Below, in pieces: positions 1-10,991 of a DNA stretch of 64,000 nt. A program made the translations under genes and the position numbers. The stretch's first letter is position 1. The number at the start of each line of letters is the position of its first letter. The notes beneath the pieces are model-generated. The model had not been told where the DNA came from. It did no database searches and was given only the letters and a program-made list of their open reading frames with translations. The stretch is from a virus, in the IMG/VR virus record IMGVR_UViG_3300032093_000017; one strand, written 5' to 3'.

Positions 1-2184
1 AAGATTCGTCTTGTGACAATCGATATTGAGGTTGCATCCGAGAATGGATTTCCAAATGTATTTGATTGTGCAGAAGAACTTTTGGCAATTACATTACAAA
101 ACTACGCAACAAAGCATATCATTTGCTTTGCTTCTCGTCCTTATATTAATACTCGTAAGGATGTTATGTATGTTGAATGTAGGGATGAAATTGATTTGAT
201 TCAACACTTTCTCGCATTTTGGGAAAAGGAAACTCCTGATGTAATTACAGGTTGGAACTGTGAGTTGTATGATATTCCTTATATTGCTGGAAGAATTGAT
301 AGAATTCTCGGTGAAAAGGAAGCACGTCGTCTTTCTCCTTGGGGAAATATTCGTAGAAGAGAACTTGTAATTAAGGGTAGGGAACAAATCTCTTATGAAG
401 TTGCTGGGGTTTCAATTATTGACTATCTTGACCTTTATAAGAAGTTTACTTATAAGGCACAGGAATCTTATCGTCTAGACCATATTGCAAATGTTGAACT
501 GGGACAAAAAAAACTAGACCACTCTGAGTTTGAGACCTTTAAAGATTTTTATACAAAAGATTGGCAAAAGTTTATTGATTATAATATCCGAGACGTTGAA
601 CTTGTAGATCAATTAGAAGATAAAATGAAGTTAATTGAACTTTGTTTTACGATGGCATATGATGCTAAGGTCAATTTCAATGATGTGTTCTTTCAGGTAA
701 GAACTTGGGATGCAATCATTTATAACTACTTGAAAAAAAGGAATATTGTTATTCCACCTAAGGACCGTTCGGAAAAGAGTGATAAATTTGCTGGAGCATA
801 TGTTAAGGAACCGATTCCTGGAAAGTATGATTGGGTTGTTTCTTTTGACCTCAATTCTCTTTATCCTCACCTCATTATGCAATACAACATCTCACCAGAG
901 ACACTCTTGGAAGAAAGACATCCCAGCGCAACTGTTGAAAGGATATTAAATCGTCAAGTCAAATTTGATAATTATAATGAATATGCGATATGCCCGAATG
1001 GTGCAATGTATCGTAAAGATGTTCGTGGGTTTCTTCCAGAACTAATGGAGAAAATGTATAACGACCGTGTAATCTTTAAGAAAAAGATGTTGGTTGCAAA
1101 GCAGCAATACCAAAAGACTAAGACAAAAGAATTGGAAAAAGAGATTTCTAGATGCAACAACATCCAAATGGCAAAAAAGATTTCTCTTAACAGTGCTTAT
1201 GGTGCTATTGGTAATCAGTATTTTAGGTATTATAAACTAGCAAATGCCGAAGCAATCACAATGTCTGGGCAAGTTTCCATTCGTTGGATTGAAGGTAAAA
1301 TGAATTCTTACTTAAATAAAATTCTTAAAACTAATGATATTGATTATGTTATTGCTTCAGATACTGATTCTATCTATCTTAATCTTGGTCCTTTTGTCCA
1401 AACTGTATACAAAGGAAGAGAAAAAACTACTGAGGAAATTGTTGGCTTCCTTGATAAGGTCTGTAAGATGGAATTTGAAAAATATATTGAAAGTTCTTAC
1501 CAAGAATTGGCGGACTATGTGAATGCTTATGACCAGAAGATGCAAATGAAACGGGAGAATATTGCTGACCGTGGAATCTGGACTGCCAAAAAGCGTTATA
1601 TTCTTAATGTTTGGGATAGTGAAGGTGTTCGTTATGAAGAACCTAAATTAAAAATTATGGGATTGGAAGCAGTTAAATCTTCTACTCCTGCTCCTTGTCG
1701 TCAAAAGATTAAGGATGCTCTCAAAATTGTGATGACTAAAACGGAAGACGAAATGATTTTCTTTATAGATAATTTTCGTAAAGCATTTAATCAACTTCCC
1801 CCAGAAGAAATTTCATTTCCACGTTCAATTAATGACGTAGATAAACATAAATCTTCATCAACTCTTTATAGTAAAGGAACTCCAATTCACGCGAGAGGAG
1901 CACTTCTTTATAATCATCTAATTAAAGAAAAGAAGTTGGATAAGAAGTATGCGAAAATTCAAAATGGTGAAAAGATTAAATTTTGTTATTTGAAACTTCC
2001 AAATCCAATTCACGAAAACGTAATTTCTTATATTCAAGAATTTCCAAAGGAATTTGGACTAGACAAATACATTGATTATGACCTACAATTCAGTAAAGCA
2101 TTTTTGGAACCAATGAAAGTCATTCTTGACGCAATTAATTGGAGAGTTGAAAAAACTGTAAACCTTGAATCATTTTTCTCTTGA
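1..2184 (+). CDS. gp43: DNA polymerase, family B (T4 gp43); 5' end lies outside the window
   Basis: Exo I DIE; SFDLNSLYP, KISLNSAYG and DTDS motifs; frame is open from base 1 (KIRLVTIDIE). Confidence 0.97.
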   Translation, partial: KIRLVTIDIEVASENGFPNVFDCAEELLAITLQNYATKHIICFASRPYINTRKDVMYVECRDEIDLIQHFLAFWEKETPDVITGWNCELYDIPYIAGRIDRILGEKEARRLSPWGNIRRRELVIKGREQISYEVAGVSIIDYLDLYKKFTYKAQESYRLDHIANVELGQKKLDHSEFETFKDFYTKDWQKFIDYNIRDVELVDQLEDKMKLIELCFTMAYDAKVNFNDVFFQVRTWDAIIYNYLKKRNIVIPPKDRSEKSDKFAGAYVKEPIPGKYDWVVSFDLNSLYPHLIMQYNISPETLLEERHPSATVERILNRQVKFDNYNEYAICPNGAMYRKDVRGFLPELMEKMYNDRVIFKKKMLVAKQQYQKTKTKELEKEISRCNNIQMAKKISLNSAYGAIGNQYFRYYKLANAEAITMSGQVSIRWIEGKMNSYLNKILKTNDIDYVIASDTDSIYLNLGPFVQTVYKGREKTTEEIVGFLDKVCKMEFEKYIESSYQELADYVNAYDQKMQMKRENIADRGIWTAKKRYILNVWDSEGVRYEEPKLKIMGLEAVKSSTPAPCRQKIKDALKIVMTKTEDEMIFFIDNFRKAFNQLPPEEISFPRSINDVDKHKSSSTLYSKGTPIHARGALLYNHLIKEKKLDKKYAKIQNGEKIKFCYLKLPNPIHENVISYIQEFPKEFGLDKYIDYDLQFSKAFLEPMKVILDAINWRVEKTVNLESFFS

Positions 2185-2321
2185 TGAATTTACCGATTAA
2201 CGAAAAAGAATTAGATATAATTATCAATTCATTGAAAGGAAAATTTCCCAGTTTATATGCAAAACTTTGGTCACATAAAATAAATTATTCAAAAAAGGAG
2301 ACTAAAAATGGATTTTCTTAA
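2184..2321 (+). CDS. Small hypothetical protein (45 aa, [11 protein letters not shown]...)
   Basis: ATG overlaps the gp43 stop (TGATG); read by eye. Confidence 0.55.
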   Translation: MNLPINEKELDIIINSLKGKFPSLYAKLWSHKINYSKKETKNGFS

Positions 2322-3312
2322 AGATATTGTAAAAGAAATTGGAGGTGAATATACGCAACTTGCATCTGATATTGATGAGACTGAAACTTATGTTGAAACA
2401 GGTTCATACATTTTTAATGCACTGGTTTCAGGTAGCATATTTGGTGGTGTATCTGGGAATAAGATTACTGCTATTGCTGGAGAATCTTCTACTGGAAAGA
2501 CTTTCTTCTCTCTCGCTGTGGTTAAGAATTTTCTTGATAATCACCCCGATGGTTATTGTCTCTACTTTGATACTGAAGCTGCTGTAAGTAAATCCTTACT
2601 TCAAGGTCGTGGTCTTGACATTAACCGAATTGTAGTCGTTAATGTAGTCACAATTGAAGAGTTTAGAAGCAAAGCATTAAAGGCAGTTGATTTGTATCTG
2701 AAAAAGAAGGAAGGAGAACGCAAACCTTGTATGTTTGTTTTGGATTCTCTGGGAATGCTTTCTACTGAAAAAGAGATTGAAGATGCATTGAATGATAAAC
2801 AAGTTAGAGATATGACTAAATCCCAACTTGTAAAAGGTGCATTCCGAATGCTTACTCTTAAACTTGGACAGGCAAAAATTCCTATGATTGTGACCAATCA
2901 CACTTATGATGTTGTGGGTTCTTATGTTCCTATGAAAGAAATGAGTGGTGGTTCTGGTCTTAAATATGCAGCATCTTCTATTATCTATCTTTCTAAGAAA
3001 AAAGAAAAGGATGGAACAGAAGTTGTTGGTAATATCATCAAATGTAAGACACAAAAGTCTCGTTTGAGTAAAGAAAATAAAGAAGTGGAGGTGCGTTTGT
3101 ATTATGATGAACGTGGTCTTGATAAGTATTATGGTCTTCTTGATCTTGCTGAAAAGTATGAAATCTTTAAGAAGGTGGGAACTCGTTATGATATTGGAGA
3201 TGGTACAACTCAATTTGGAAAAACTATTAATGAAAATCCAGAGAAGTACTTCACGCCAGAAATAATGCAGGCATTAGATGAAGCAGCAAAAAAAGAATTT
3301 TCTTATGGGTGA
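2308..3312 (+). CDS. uvsX: RecA-like recombinase UvsX
   Basis: Walker [27 protein letters not shown]. Confidence 0.95.
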   Translation: MDFLKDIVKEIGGEYTQLASDIDETETYVETGSYIFNALVSGSIFGGVSGNKITAIAGESSTGKTFFSLAVVKNFLDNHPDGYCLYFDTEAAVSKSLLQGRGLDINRIVVVNVVTIEEFRSKALKAVDLYLKKKEGERKPCMFVLDSLGMLSTEKEIEDALNDKQVRDMTKSQLVKGAFRMLTLKLGQAKIPMIVTNHTYDVVGSYVPMKEMSGGSGLKYAASSIIYLSKKKEKDGTEVVGNIIKCKTQKSRLSKENKEVEVRLYYDERGLDKYYGLLDLAEKYEIFKKVGTRYDIGDGTTQFGKTINENPEKYFTPEIMQALDEAAKKEFSYG

Positions 3313-3863
3313 TGAGAAACATTCGGGTCATAAAAACTGGAATTGATGTATCTAAAATTTTAGAACAAATAAAACAATATCCAGAAGATTGGGGTTCACA
3401 AAAAAATATTAAAGATAAAAAAATAAAACAACTTGACCCAACAAAATATACTGTTACAGTAGACGTTCTTCAATTAATAATGGGAGGAATAAAAAAGGAA
3501 GGTCAGTATGTTGGTGATACTGAAATTTGCATTCAAACACCAGCATACGAAAAACACACAGAAATTCTTAAATTCTTAAAGACATATTTTAAGAAAATAC
3601 GTCGTTGTGCTTTTCTTTCTTTGCCTATTGGTGAAATAGTAGGTTCTCATATTGATGAAGGAACTTATTATCTTACGAAAGATAGATATCACCTTTCCAT
3701 TCAGGGAAAATACAGGTATAGTGTAGGTGATGAAACTATGATTGTTGAACCTGGAACTTTCTTTTGGTTCAATAATAAACTTCCCCATAGTGCTGAAAAT
3801 ATTGGTGATGAAGTTAGAATTACTTTTGTATTTGATGTGCCTCATCATAAAAAAAATCCATAG
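3309..3863 (+). CDS. 2OG-Fe(II) oxygenase, aspartyl/asparaginyl beta-hydroxylase-like
   Basis: HxD (HID) ... H triad; [17 protein letters not shown] cupin pattern. Confidence 0.8.
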   Translation: MMRNIRVIKTGIDVSKILEQIKQYPEDWGSQKNIKDKKIKQLDPTKYTVTVDVLQLIMGGIKKEGQYVGDTEICIQTPAYEKHTEILKFLKTYFKKIRRCAFLSLPIGEIVGSHIDEGTYYLTKDRYHLSIQGKYRYSVGDETMIVEPGTFFWFNNKLPHSAENIGDEVRITFVFDVPHHKKNP

Positions 3864-3874
3864 TTAGAGGAGAA

Positions 3875-5251
3875 ATGGAAAAAGTTGAAACTACGATTCT
3901 TAGAAATCTCTTATTTAATAATGATTATTGTAGAAAGGTATTACCTTTTATAAAAAATGAATACTTTGAGAATCTTCACGAGAAAGTAGTTTTTGAGGAG
4001 ATTTGTAAATTTATTGTTGCTTACGAACAACTAGCAACAAAAGAAGTTCTTTTGATTGAAACAGAAAAAAGAACTGATATTACAGAAGATACTTACAAAA
4101 TTATTTGTGATTATATTTCTAAACTTGATGATGCTCCAGCAGATAAACAATGGTTGGTAGATACTACTGAAAAGTGGTGTAAAGACCGAGCAATTTATCT
4201 TGCTCTTATGGAAAGTATTAAAATTGCTGACGGGCAAGATGAAAAGAAATCTAGAGATTCCATTCCAACAATTTTACAAGAAGCACTTGCTATTGGATTT
4301 GATAGCCACATTGGACACGATTACCTAAAAGATTACCAAGAACGATATGACTCTTATCACAGGAAAGAAGACAAAATTCCATTTGATTTGGAATATTTTA
4401 ACAAAATTACCAAAGGGGGCATCCCTAACAAAACTCTTAATATCGCACTTGCTGGTACAGGTGTCGGGAAATCTCTATTCATGTGCCATGTGGCTAGCTC
4501 CGTGTTGCTCCAAGGACGGAACGTATTGTACATTACGCTTGAAATGGCAGAGGAGAAAATTGCTGAACGAATTGACGCAAATCTCTTAAATGTTAATATC
4601 AAAGATATTGAAACATTGCCAAAAGTAATGTTTGATACGAAAGTAAATAATATTGCGAAGAAAACACAAGGAACTCTGATTATCAAAGAGTATCCAACTG
4701 CTTCGGCACACGCAGGTCATTTTAGAGCACTTCTTAATGAACTCTCTCTTAAGAAATCATTTAAGCCTGATATTATTTTCATTGACTACCTTAATATTTG
4801 TGGGTCCTCAAGATATAAGAGTAATTTTTCAGTCAATTCTTACTCTTATGTTAAAGCAATTGCGGAAGAACTTCGTGGTCTTGCAGTTGAGGCAAATGTT
4901 CCAATTGTTTCCGCTACCCAAACTACTCGTAGTGGATTTTCTAGCTCCGATCCTGATCTTACTGATACTAGTGAATCCTTTGGTCTTCCTGCTACTGCTG
5001 ACCTTATGTTTGCCCTTATTAGCACAGAAGAGTTGGAACAACTTGGGCAGATTATGGTAAAACAATTGAAGAATAGATATAATGACCCAACAATGAATAA
5101 AAGATTTGTAGTTGGAATTGATAGAGCAAAAATGCGTCTTTATGATGTGGAACAAAGTGCTCAAAAGGATATACTTGACTCTGGACAAGAGGAAGAGTAT
5201 AATTATGAAGAAAAGAAACCTAAAAAGTCGTTTGAAGGATTTAAATTTTAA
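3875..5251 (+). CDS. gp41: DnaB-like replicative helicase gp41
   Basis: AGTGVGKS, ITLEMAEE, IDYLNI, SATQTTR, QLKNRY. Confidence 0.96.
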   Translation: MEKVETTILRNLLFNNDYCRKVLPFIKNEYFENLHEKVVFEEICKFIVAYEQLATKEVLLIETEKRTDITEDTYKIICDYISKLDDAPADKQWLVDTTEKWCKDRAIYLALMESIKIADGQDEKKSRDSIPTILQEALAIGFDSHIGHDYLKDYQERYDSYHRKEDKIPFDLEYFNKITKGGIPNKTLNIALAGTGVGKSLFMCHVASSVLLQGRNVLYITLEMAEEKIAERIDANLLNVNIKDIETLPKVMFDTKVNNIAKKTQGTLIIKEYPTASAHAGHFRALLNELSLKKSFKPDIIFIDYLNICGSSRYKSNFSVNSYSYVKAIAEELRGLAVEANVPIVSATQTTRSGFSSSDPDLTDTSESFGLPATADLMFALISTEELEQLGQIMVKQLKNRYNDPTMNKRFVVGIDRAKMRLYDVEQSAQKDILDSGQEEEYNYEEKKPKKSFEGFKF

Positions 5252-5667
5252 TGGAAACTGCTAAACACGTAGATTTTGATAAGTATGCTGAGTTTGTGGA
5301 TGCTGTAACTTCTGATGCATCTAAAGACTTTCTTTCTTTGTCTGATAGGCTTGTTGCACTGGATGAAAAGGGTGCAAATATTGAACGACTCCTGACTGCT
5401 GGTGTTGGTATTAATGCCGAGGGTGGGGAGTTTCTTGAAATCATTAAAAAAATGATTTTCCAAGGAAAACCTTTCAATGAAGATAACCGAGAACATCTGA
5501 TTATTGAACTTGGAGACATTATGTGGTATGTTGCTCAAGCTTGTATGTCACTTGGTGTCAGTATTGATGACGTAGTTGCTCGTAACGTTCAAAAACTTCT
5601 CAAGCGTTATCCTGAAGGTGCTTTTGATGTTTATTTCTCTGAAAACCGTGCTGCTGACGACCGATGA
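5251..5667 (+). CDS. mazG: MazG-like NTP pyrophosphohydrolase
   Basis: EGGEFLEIIKK...ELGDIMWYVAQ; standard position after gp41. Confidence 0.9.
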   Translation: METAKHVDFDKYAEFVDAVTSDASKDFLSLSDRLVALDEKGANIERLLTAGVGINAEGGEFLEIIKKMIFQGKPFNEDNREHLIIELGDIMWYVAQACMSLGVSIDDVVARNVQKLLKRYPEGAFDVYFSENRAADDR

Positions 5668-5849
5668 CTAAAGAAAAACAAGTAACAGTTAAAATGAATG
5701 TTCGTGCTGCTGCTGCAGTTCGTCAAATTTTATATGAAGCACAAAAAGGATACACGACAGACATAAACAATGTCCCTCCACGTATTTTTGAAATTCGTGA
5801 AGTTATTGCAGATTTTGACGATGCAATCACCCAAGTAGTAGAAACCTGA
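5664..5849 (+). CDS. Hypothetical protein (61 aa)
   Basis: Translationally coupled ORF after mazG. Confidence 0.7.
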   Translation: MTKEKQVTVKMNVRAAAAVRQILYEAQKGYTTDINNVPPRIFEIREVIADFDDAITQVVET

Positions 5850-5859
5850 ACTATATTAT

Positions 5860-5896
5860 AAATCCCTAATTTCTAAATAAAAGAAACTAGGGATTT
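5860..5896 (+). promoter_or_regulatory. Hairpin (14/15 bp) covering the RBS of the next gene, with late-promoter-like CTAAATA at the loop; may also act as a terminator
   Basis: aaatccctaatttct / agaaactagggattt inverted repeat. Confidence 0.65.
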
Positions 5897-5900
5897 TTTA

Positions 5901-7043
5901 ATGGCAATTATTAATAGTAGTGGATACAAATTACTAAATGCCACAACAGTAATTAATATTTTAAAATCTAGTGCGGTTCAAAATCAAAATTATCCTCATG
6001 TAAGGTCTAGATTTTATGATTTAAAGAGAACAAGTGATAGTAAAATTTTATTAACTGTGAAGTCTCAGTATTCTTCTAATTTGGAAAGAATATATGATGA
6101 TATAACTAAATTATTTTCTACTGACGTTTTATTAAATGGAAAAAGTATTTTTGTTACTGGAAGACAATCCAATGTTTTGGGTGTAGATTTTATATTAACT
6201 TTACAAAAAGCAACCTCTAAATTTGAAATATTTTTTAAAAGTCAAAAATCAATAAAACCAAAAGTTCCAGAATTATTAAGGCCAGGTATTTTGAATGAAG
6301 AATATTTTGTTTCAAAAATTAATGATCAGGTAAAAAAAATTAATGAGGCAAAAAATACGATTGCTTTGCCAAATTTATTTGACCCGAATTTGAATTTAGT
6401 TTTATATGAAAATAATCAGCAAAAATATACAATAAATGGAATAAAATCAATTGAGAGGGTTGGACAACTTTTAGGGAAAGAGGATGTTTCAATTAAAACT
6501 AAAAATAATAAAAAAATTAAAATTTCTTTAAAAAAGGAAAATTTTTCTTTTTGGGGAAGTGCGAGTCAATATTCTGCAGCAAATGATATTTTGGATTATC
6601 TGATAAAATCTAATTTGATTTCAGTGTCAAATTCTTCCGGAAGGGGGGTTTTGACTGATATTTCTACTGGAAAACCATTAATTGGCATTAGATTAAAAGC
6701 AACAATTGGAGAAATTAAAAAATATTGTTTTGGTGAAGGTATGAATAAAGTTGATTATATTTTAATACAATCATTTAATGTTGGAGATTTCAGGGATATT
6801 AGAAAAGTTGGAGGTGGTCAAGATTATAAGTTGGAACTAAATTCTTCAATAATATATAAAGAGACTTCAAATGACATAATAAGAATGAGAGATAATGTTT
6901 ATTTGACAATTGTTCCTAGTTCTAGCAATTCTTCTGCCTTGATGCCAAATTATCCTGGATTTAGAATACAATTTGCCACTAAAGGAGCATCAAAGGGTTA
7001 TTATGAACCATCACTTGCTAATATTTCGTTAGGAAGATTGTAA
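5901..7043 (+). CDS. Hypothetical protein, putative PD-(D/E)xK nuclease
   Basis: E..F, KEDVSI...ISLKK pattern; AT-rich. Confidence 0.5.
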   Translation: MAIINSSGYKLLNATTVINILKSSAVQNQNYPHVRSRFYDLKRTSDSKILLTVKSQYSSNLERIYDDITKLFSTDVLLNGKSIFVTGRQSNVLGVDFILTLQKATSKFEIFFKSQKSIKPKVPELLRPGILNEEYFVSKINDQVKKINEAKNTIALPNLFDPNLNLVLYENNQQKYTINGIKSIERVGQLLGKEDVSIKTKNNKKIKISLKKENFSFWGSASQYSAANDILDYLIKSNLISVSNSSGRGVLTDISTGKPLIGIRLKATIGEIKKYCFGEGMNKVDYILIQSFNVGDFRDIRKVGGGQDYKLELNSSIIYKETSNDIIRMRDNVYLTIVPSSSNSSALMPNYPGFRIQFATKGASKGYYEPSLANISLGRL

Positions 7044-7070
7044 TTATAAATATTTAAAAAACAAGTAATA

Positions 7071-8270
7071 ATGAAGAGTTTTACTCAATTTGTAAGAGAA
7101 GCAGTAGAAACCCTTGCATCTACCGAAGCAAAAAATCGTGGTCTTGTTGGAAACGGACACGGTGATTGGTATGATAAGCAAGGAAATTTTGTTGCGAAAA
7201 CAGTAAACGGAAAATTAAAGTTTTTTGGTCAAGGTGATACCACATCTCAAGACGGAATACCCGGAGAAGAAACAAAAAAACAAAGTAGTGCAACTCAAGC
7301 AGCACCACAACCATCTACAACAGAAAAACTACCAGCAGAACAAACTGCAAATGGAATTGTAGTAGTTTTAGGGAGATTTAACCCCCCATCCAAAAATCAC
7401 GAACAATTATTAAAAGCAGGATTTAATAATGCAAAAAGAATGGGATATGAGTATAGAATATATCCAAGTAGAATCCAAGATGGTCAATCAAATCCATTAA
7501 GTCCAAAAACAAAAATTTCTCTTATGAGAATGATGTTTAAAAAATATTCTGAATATATTGTTGATAGTGAAGAAACTAGAACTGTTTTTGATTCTTTAGT
7601 CTCAATTTATAATGATGGATATACTGATGTTACTATTGTGGTTGGGCAAGACAGATTGGGAGAATTTCAAAGTTTAGTTCATAAGGGAGAGGGTCAAGAC
7701 TATCAGTTTAATAATATTCAAGTTATATCTGCTGGAATTAAAGACCCTGATGGTGAAATTGAAGACCCTGGTTCTTCTGCAAAAATGAGAACATCTGCAG
7801 CAGTAGGAGATTATGCTGGATTTGTTCAGGGAATTCCTTCTGGAATAAGTCAGGCAGACAAAGAAAAAATATTTAATATGGTTTCAAAATCTATGAATGT
7901 AACTGAAGACACAGAAGTTTGGAGAATTGTTCCTGAACTTGATTATGATGGATTGAGGTGGAATTATAAGAACAATGGACTTTTTGAAGTTGGTACATTT
8001 GTGGAAAGTTTGAGTAGTGGTCTTATTGGAAAAATATTCCGCAGAGGTTCTAATTACTTGATTTGTGTAACTGAAGATGGAAAGATGTTTAAAAATTGGT
8101 TGAAAGATGTTCGTGAAGTTTATGAAGTTGGAACTTGTAATTACAGAAAGCACACACAGGAAATGACACCTAAAGAACCTGTGGTTTCTTTTACTGATGT
8201 TGAAGTTAAAGAAACTATGCCAAAGAAAACGATAAATATCAATAGGAAAAAATTATCTACAAAAAGATGA
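7071..8270 (+). CDS. Cytidylyltransferase-like (HIGH superfamily) protein with capsid-targeting-like N-terminus
   Basis: GRFNPP..NH, VVGQDR, SSAKMR; starts MKSFTQFVRE; TATAAATA at 7045-7052. Confidence 0.8.
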   Translation: MKSFTQFVREAVETLASTEAKNRGLVGNGHGDWYDKQGNFVAKTVNGKLKFFGQGDTTSQDGIPGEETKKQSSATQAAPQPSTTEKLPAEQTANGIVVVLGRFNPPSKNHEQLLKAGFNNAKRMGYEYRIYPSRIQDGQSNPLSPKTKISLMRMMFKKYSEYIVDSEETRTVFDSLVSIYNDGYTDVTIVVGQDRLGEFQSLVHKGEGQDYQFNNIQVISAGIKDPDGEIEDPGSSAKMRTSAAVGDYAGFVQGIPSGISQADKEKIFNMVSKSMNVTEDTEVWRIVPELDYDGLRWNYKNNGLFEVGTFVESLSSGLIGKIFRRGSNYLICVTEDGKMFKNWLKDVREVYEVGTCNYRKHTQEMTPKEPVVSFTDVEVKETMPKKTININRKKLSTKR

Positions 8271-9658
8271 AAGATTGGGCAGAGATTATTTCTGAAGCAA
8301 AAGATAAAAATAAAGAAAAAGCAGAAAGGCAAAGAAGACTTAAAATTGCTAAGACTGCATTGAAGGGTTCTGCTCTTTTGGATAAAGGGAAAACTGGAAA
8401 AAAGGAAGATAAAAAAGATTCTAGATATTTGGATTATCTTGAGCGTCGTCAAGCAACAAGAGAACAAGAAATTGAAAAGCAAAGAGGACAGGAAGAAGAA
8501 AAGAAAAAGCAAAAATTAATGAGAATAAAAGAAAAAAATCTTGAAAAATCAAAAGAAAGAATCAAGTCAGCAATTGGTGGTGTAAAAACTGATACGATTG
8601 GTTCCAAAGAAGGTGGGGCAACTGCCACAATGAAAGCACTTGGCAATTTAGGTTCTCTTGCAGGTGGATTGGCAAAAGCAGCAATTCATACTCCTGGTTA
8701 TTTAAAAGCAAAAGGAGAATATAAAAAAGCAAAGGAAACTAAAGTCACCTCAAATCAACCAGAAAAAGCAAGAGAAAGAAAAAAACCAGGAAGACCAAAA
8801 AGACCTCCAGTTTCATTATCAACTCAACAATCTTCATCAAGTCCAGAACAAAAAAGACCTGTTCCTGCAACTAAGAGACTTGTTCCTGCTACCAAGAGAC
8901 TTCCATCATCTGGTGGTGTTCCTGAGGGGTCAAGAGGTCCAAAAGCAATGACTTTGGGGCAGAGGGCAAGACAAAATCCAAAAATCAAAGCAGGACTTAT
9001 TGCCCAAAGAAATGAAGAATATTCAAATTGGAGAGAAGAATTCTTGTTTGAAGTTGATGAATTAAAGAATGAAAAAACTGCAAAGACAAAAAACAAAAAA
9101 GATAAGATTGATGTGATGAAGGGCACTAACTCAAAATTTATTGAGATTAATCCAAATATTTCTGAGGACCATAAGGAAATTGCCAGTGGTAAGAAAAAAG
9201 ATGATGAAGGTTATATGGCAAATGTTGAATTGGACCAAATGGAAAGAGCAATCAAAGCACTTCGCAAAAAGATAAAAAAAGCAGATATGCAAATGCCTGC
9301 TTGGGTTCAATCAAAAATTACTAGAGCAGCAGATTATATTGATACTGCTTCCGAATATCTCCAAAGTGATGAAGGTCTTTCTGAATCTGTTGATAAAGAT
9401 GCAATGAAGTGCAACAAACCAAAATCACAAGCACACGGGTCTGGTGAAACTGGAAAGTCACATATTGTAAAGGCTTGTGAAGGTGGAACAGAAAAAATTA
9501 TTCGTTTTGGGCAACTTGGTGTAAAAGGTTCTCCAAAAAAAGAAGGTGAGTCTGAGGCATATGCAAGTCGTCGTCATAGATTCCAAACAAGACACGCAAA
9601 GAATATTTCTAAAGGAAAAATGTCTGCTGCTTATTGGGCAAATAAAGTTAAGTGGTGA
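8267..9658 (+). CDS. Modular basic hypothetical protein (probable virion-internal protein)
   Basis: Lys-rich; modules AWVQSKITRAADYI and IRFGQ...SAAYWANKVKW; short KRxVPAT repeat. Confidence 0.7.
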   Translation: MKDWAEIISEAKDKNKEKAERQRRLKIAKTALKGSALLDKGKTGKKEDKKDSRYLDYLERRQATREQEIEKQRGQEEEKKKQKLMRIKEKNLEKSKERIKSAIGGVKTDTIGSKEGGATATMKALGNLGSLAGGLAKAAIHTPGYLKAKGEYKKAKETKVTSNQPEKARERKKPGRPKRPPVSLSTQQSSSSPEQKRPVPATKRLVPATKRLPSSGGVPEGSRGPKAMTLGQRARQNPKIKAGLIAQRNEEYSNWREEFLFEVDELKNEKTAKTKNKKDKIDVMKGTNSKFIEINPNISEDHKEIASGKKKDDEGYMANVELDQMERAIKALRKKIKKADMQMPAWVQSKITRAADYIDTASEYLQSDEGLSESVDKDAMKCNKPKSQAHGSGETGKSHIVKACEGGTEKIIRFGQLGVKGSPKKEGESEAYASRRHRFQTRHAKNISKGKMSAAYWANKVKW

Positions 9659-9707
9659 TTGATGACTAGTTTGAGATAAATAAAATTGAACCTAATAAGA
9701 GGGGATT

Positions 9708-9881
9708 ATGGGAGTAGTAGTTGCATTGGTAAAACCACTCATTCTTCAAATTGCTACACATCCAGAAGTTAAGAAACTTGTAATTGAACTTCTTGAGAAA
9801 TATGTAAAAACAACCGATAACACAATTGATGATATGGTTGTTGTGTTAGTTAAAGAAAAACTCTTTACTCCACAAAAATGA
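9708..9881 (+). CDS. Hypothetical protein (57 aa, ...TDNTIDD...)
   Basis: RBS gagggg, ATAAATA upstream; read by eye. Confidence 0.65.
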   Translation: MGVVVALVKPLILQIATHPEVKKLVIELLEKYVKTTDNTIDDMVVVLVKEKLFTPQK

Positions 9882-10042
9882 TAACTTGTTTTATAACAAA
9901 TTGGGGAGTAACTATTATTTTAGGTTTATTGTTGACTGCATCTGAGTGGTTAGCAAAAACAAAAAAATTTGAAGAAAATGGATTACTAGATTTAACTACT
10001 AACTTTTTAAAAATAATTTTACGCAAAGAAGACAAAAAATAA
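9878..10042 (+). CDS. Small membrane protein (54 aa)
   Basis: ATGA overlap; one hydrophobic helix; read by eye. Confidence 0.55.
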   Translation: MITCFITNWGVTIILGLLLTASEWLAKTKKFEENGLLDLTTNFLKIILRKEDKK

Positions 10043-10096
10043 AGGTCTTCTTTTTTTATAAATATCAGTATAAGAAAAACTTACGGAAAAAAAGAC

Positions 10097-10984
10097 ATGG
10101 CACTTTGGGGTAAGGCAGACGGTGTATTTTCACCAGGAACAGTTACTGTCAACTATACAAATAAAACAATTACTGGTGCTGGAACATCATTTAGAGCAGT
10201 AGGTGTCACTACTGGTGCAGTAATTACCATCGGTGCTGGAGGAACTTTTGGAAATGCGGTAATTTCTGGAATTACTTCGGAGACTCAAATTTCAATTGCA
10301 ACAACTCAGTATCTGAGTGGTGCTGCTATTGCTGGAATTGCATATTCAATATCTCAAAAACCAGTTTATACTTTAGAAGATACAAACTTTGCTACTATAA
10401 CTGGAACTGGCAATTCTGCATCAACTAATAGAGTATATGGTGTTGATGAGTTTGAGCAAACTGCTGCTACCGAAAGTGGTTCAAAATATGCTGCGGCACA
10501 CGCAGGTTGGGTGGGAGTTCATACATATATTGATTGTGAGAATCAACTGAGAGTTAAGACCGAAGTGTTGGTTGCAATGTCTGGAATTAGCACATCTGCA
10601 CTCGCAACATATTCAGCAACTGGTGATGCTGCTGATGATGCAGTATATGCAGACAATTACATTACGATTAGTGCTCAACCATCAAATAGAGTTGGAATTG
10701 CTACAACCGTTGCAACCACATTCGCAGTTACTGCAGCAGCAAATGATTCTGAAGCACTTTCTTATCAGTGGCAGTTCTCAACTGCTGTTGGAGCAGCATT
10801 TACCAATGTTACTACTGGATTGCTTGGTGGTCTTATTTACACCAACCCAACTACAGCAACTCTTGGTATTGCGGCAACAACTACAACTGCCAACAGACCT
10901 AATGGTTACTACTATAGAGTTAACATTACTACTGCTGCTGGTGCTGCGAAGACTTCCGATACAGCAAGACTTACTTATGCGTAA
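10097..10984 (+). CDS. Virion structural protein with C-terminal Ig-like domain
   Basis: TATAAATA at 10057-10064; T/A/G-rich; ITISAQP...LSYQWQ...YYYRV. Confidence 0.75.
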   Translation: MALWGKADGVFSPGTVTVNYTNKTITGAGTSFRAVGVTTGAVITIGAGGTFGNAVISGITSETQISIATTQYLSGAAIAGIAYSISQKPVYTLEDTNFATITGTGNSASTNRVYGVDEFEQTAATESGSKYAAAHAGWVGVHTYIDCENQLRVKTEVLVAMSGISTSALATYSATGDAADDAVYADNYITISAQPSNRVGIATTVATTFAVTAAANDSEALSYQWQFSTAVGAAFTNVTTGLLGGLIYTNPTTATLGIAATTTTANRPNGYYYRVNITTAAGAAKTSDTARLTYA

Positions 10985-10991
10985 TTGATAT

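Noticed and set aside
8852-8902. 21-nt tandem repeat (KRPVPAT/KRLVPAT)
   Set aside because: Only ~2.4 copies in a low-complexity linker
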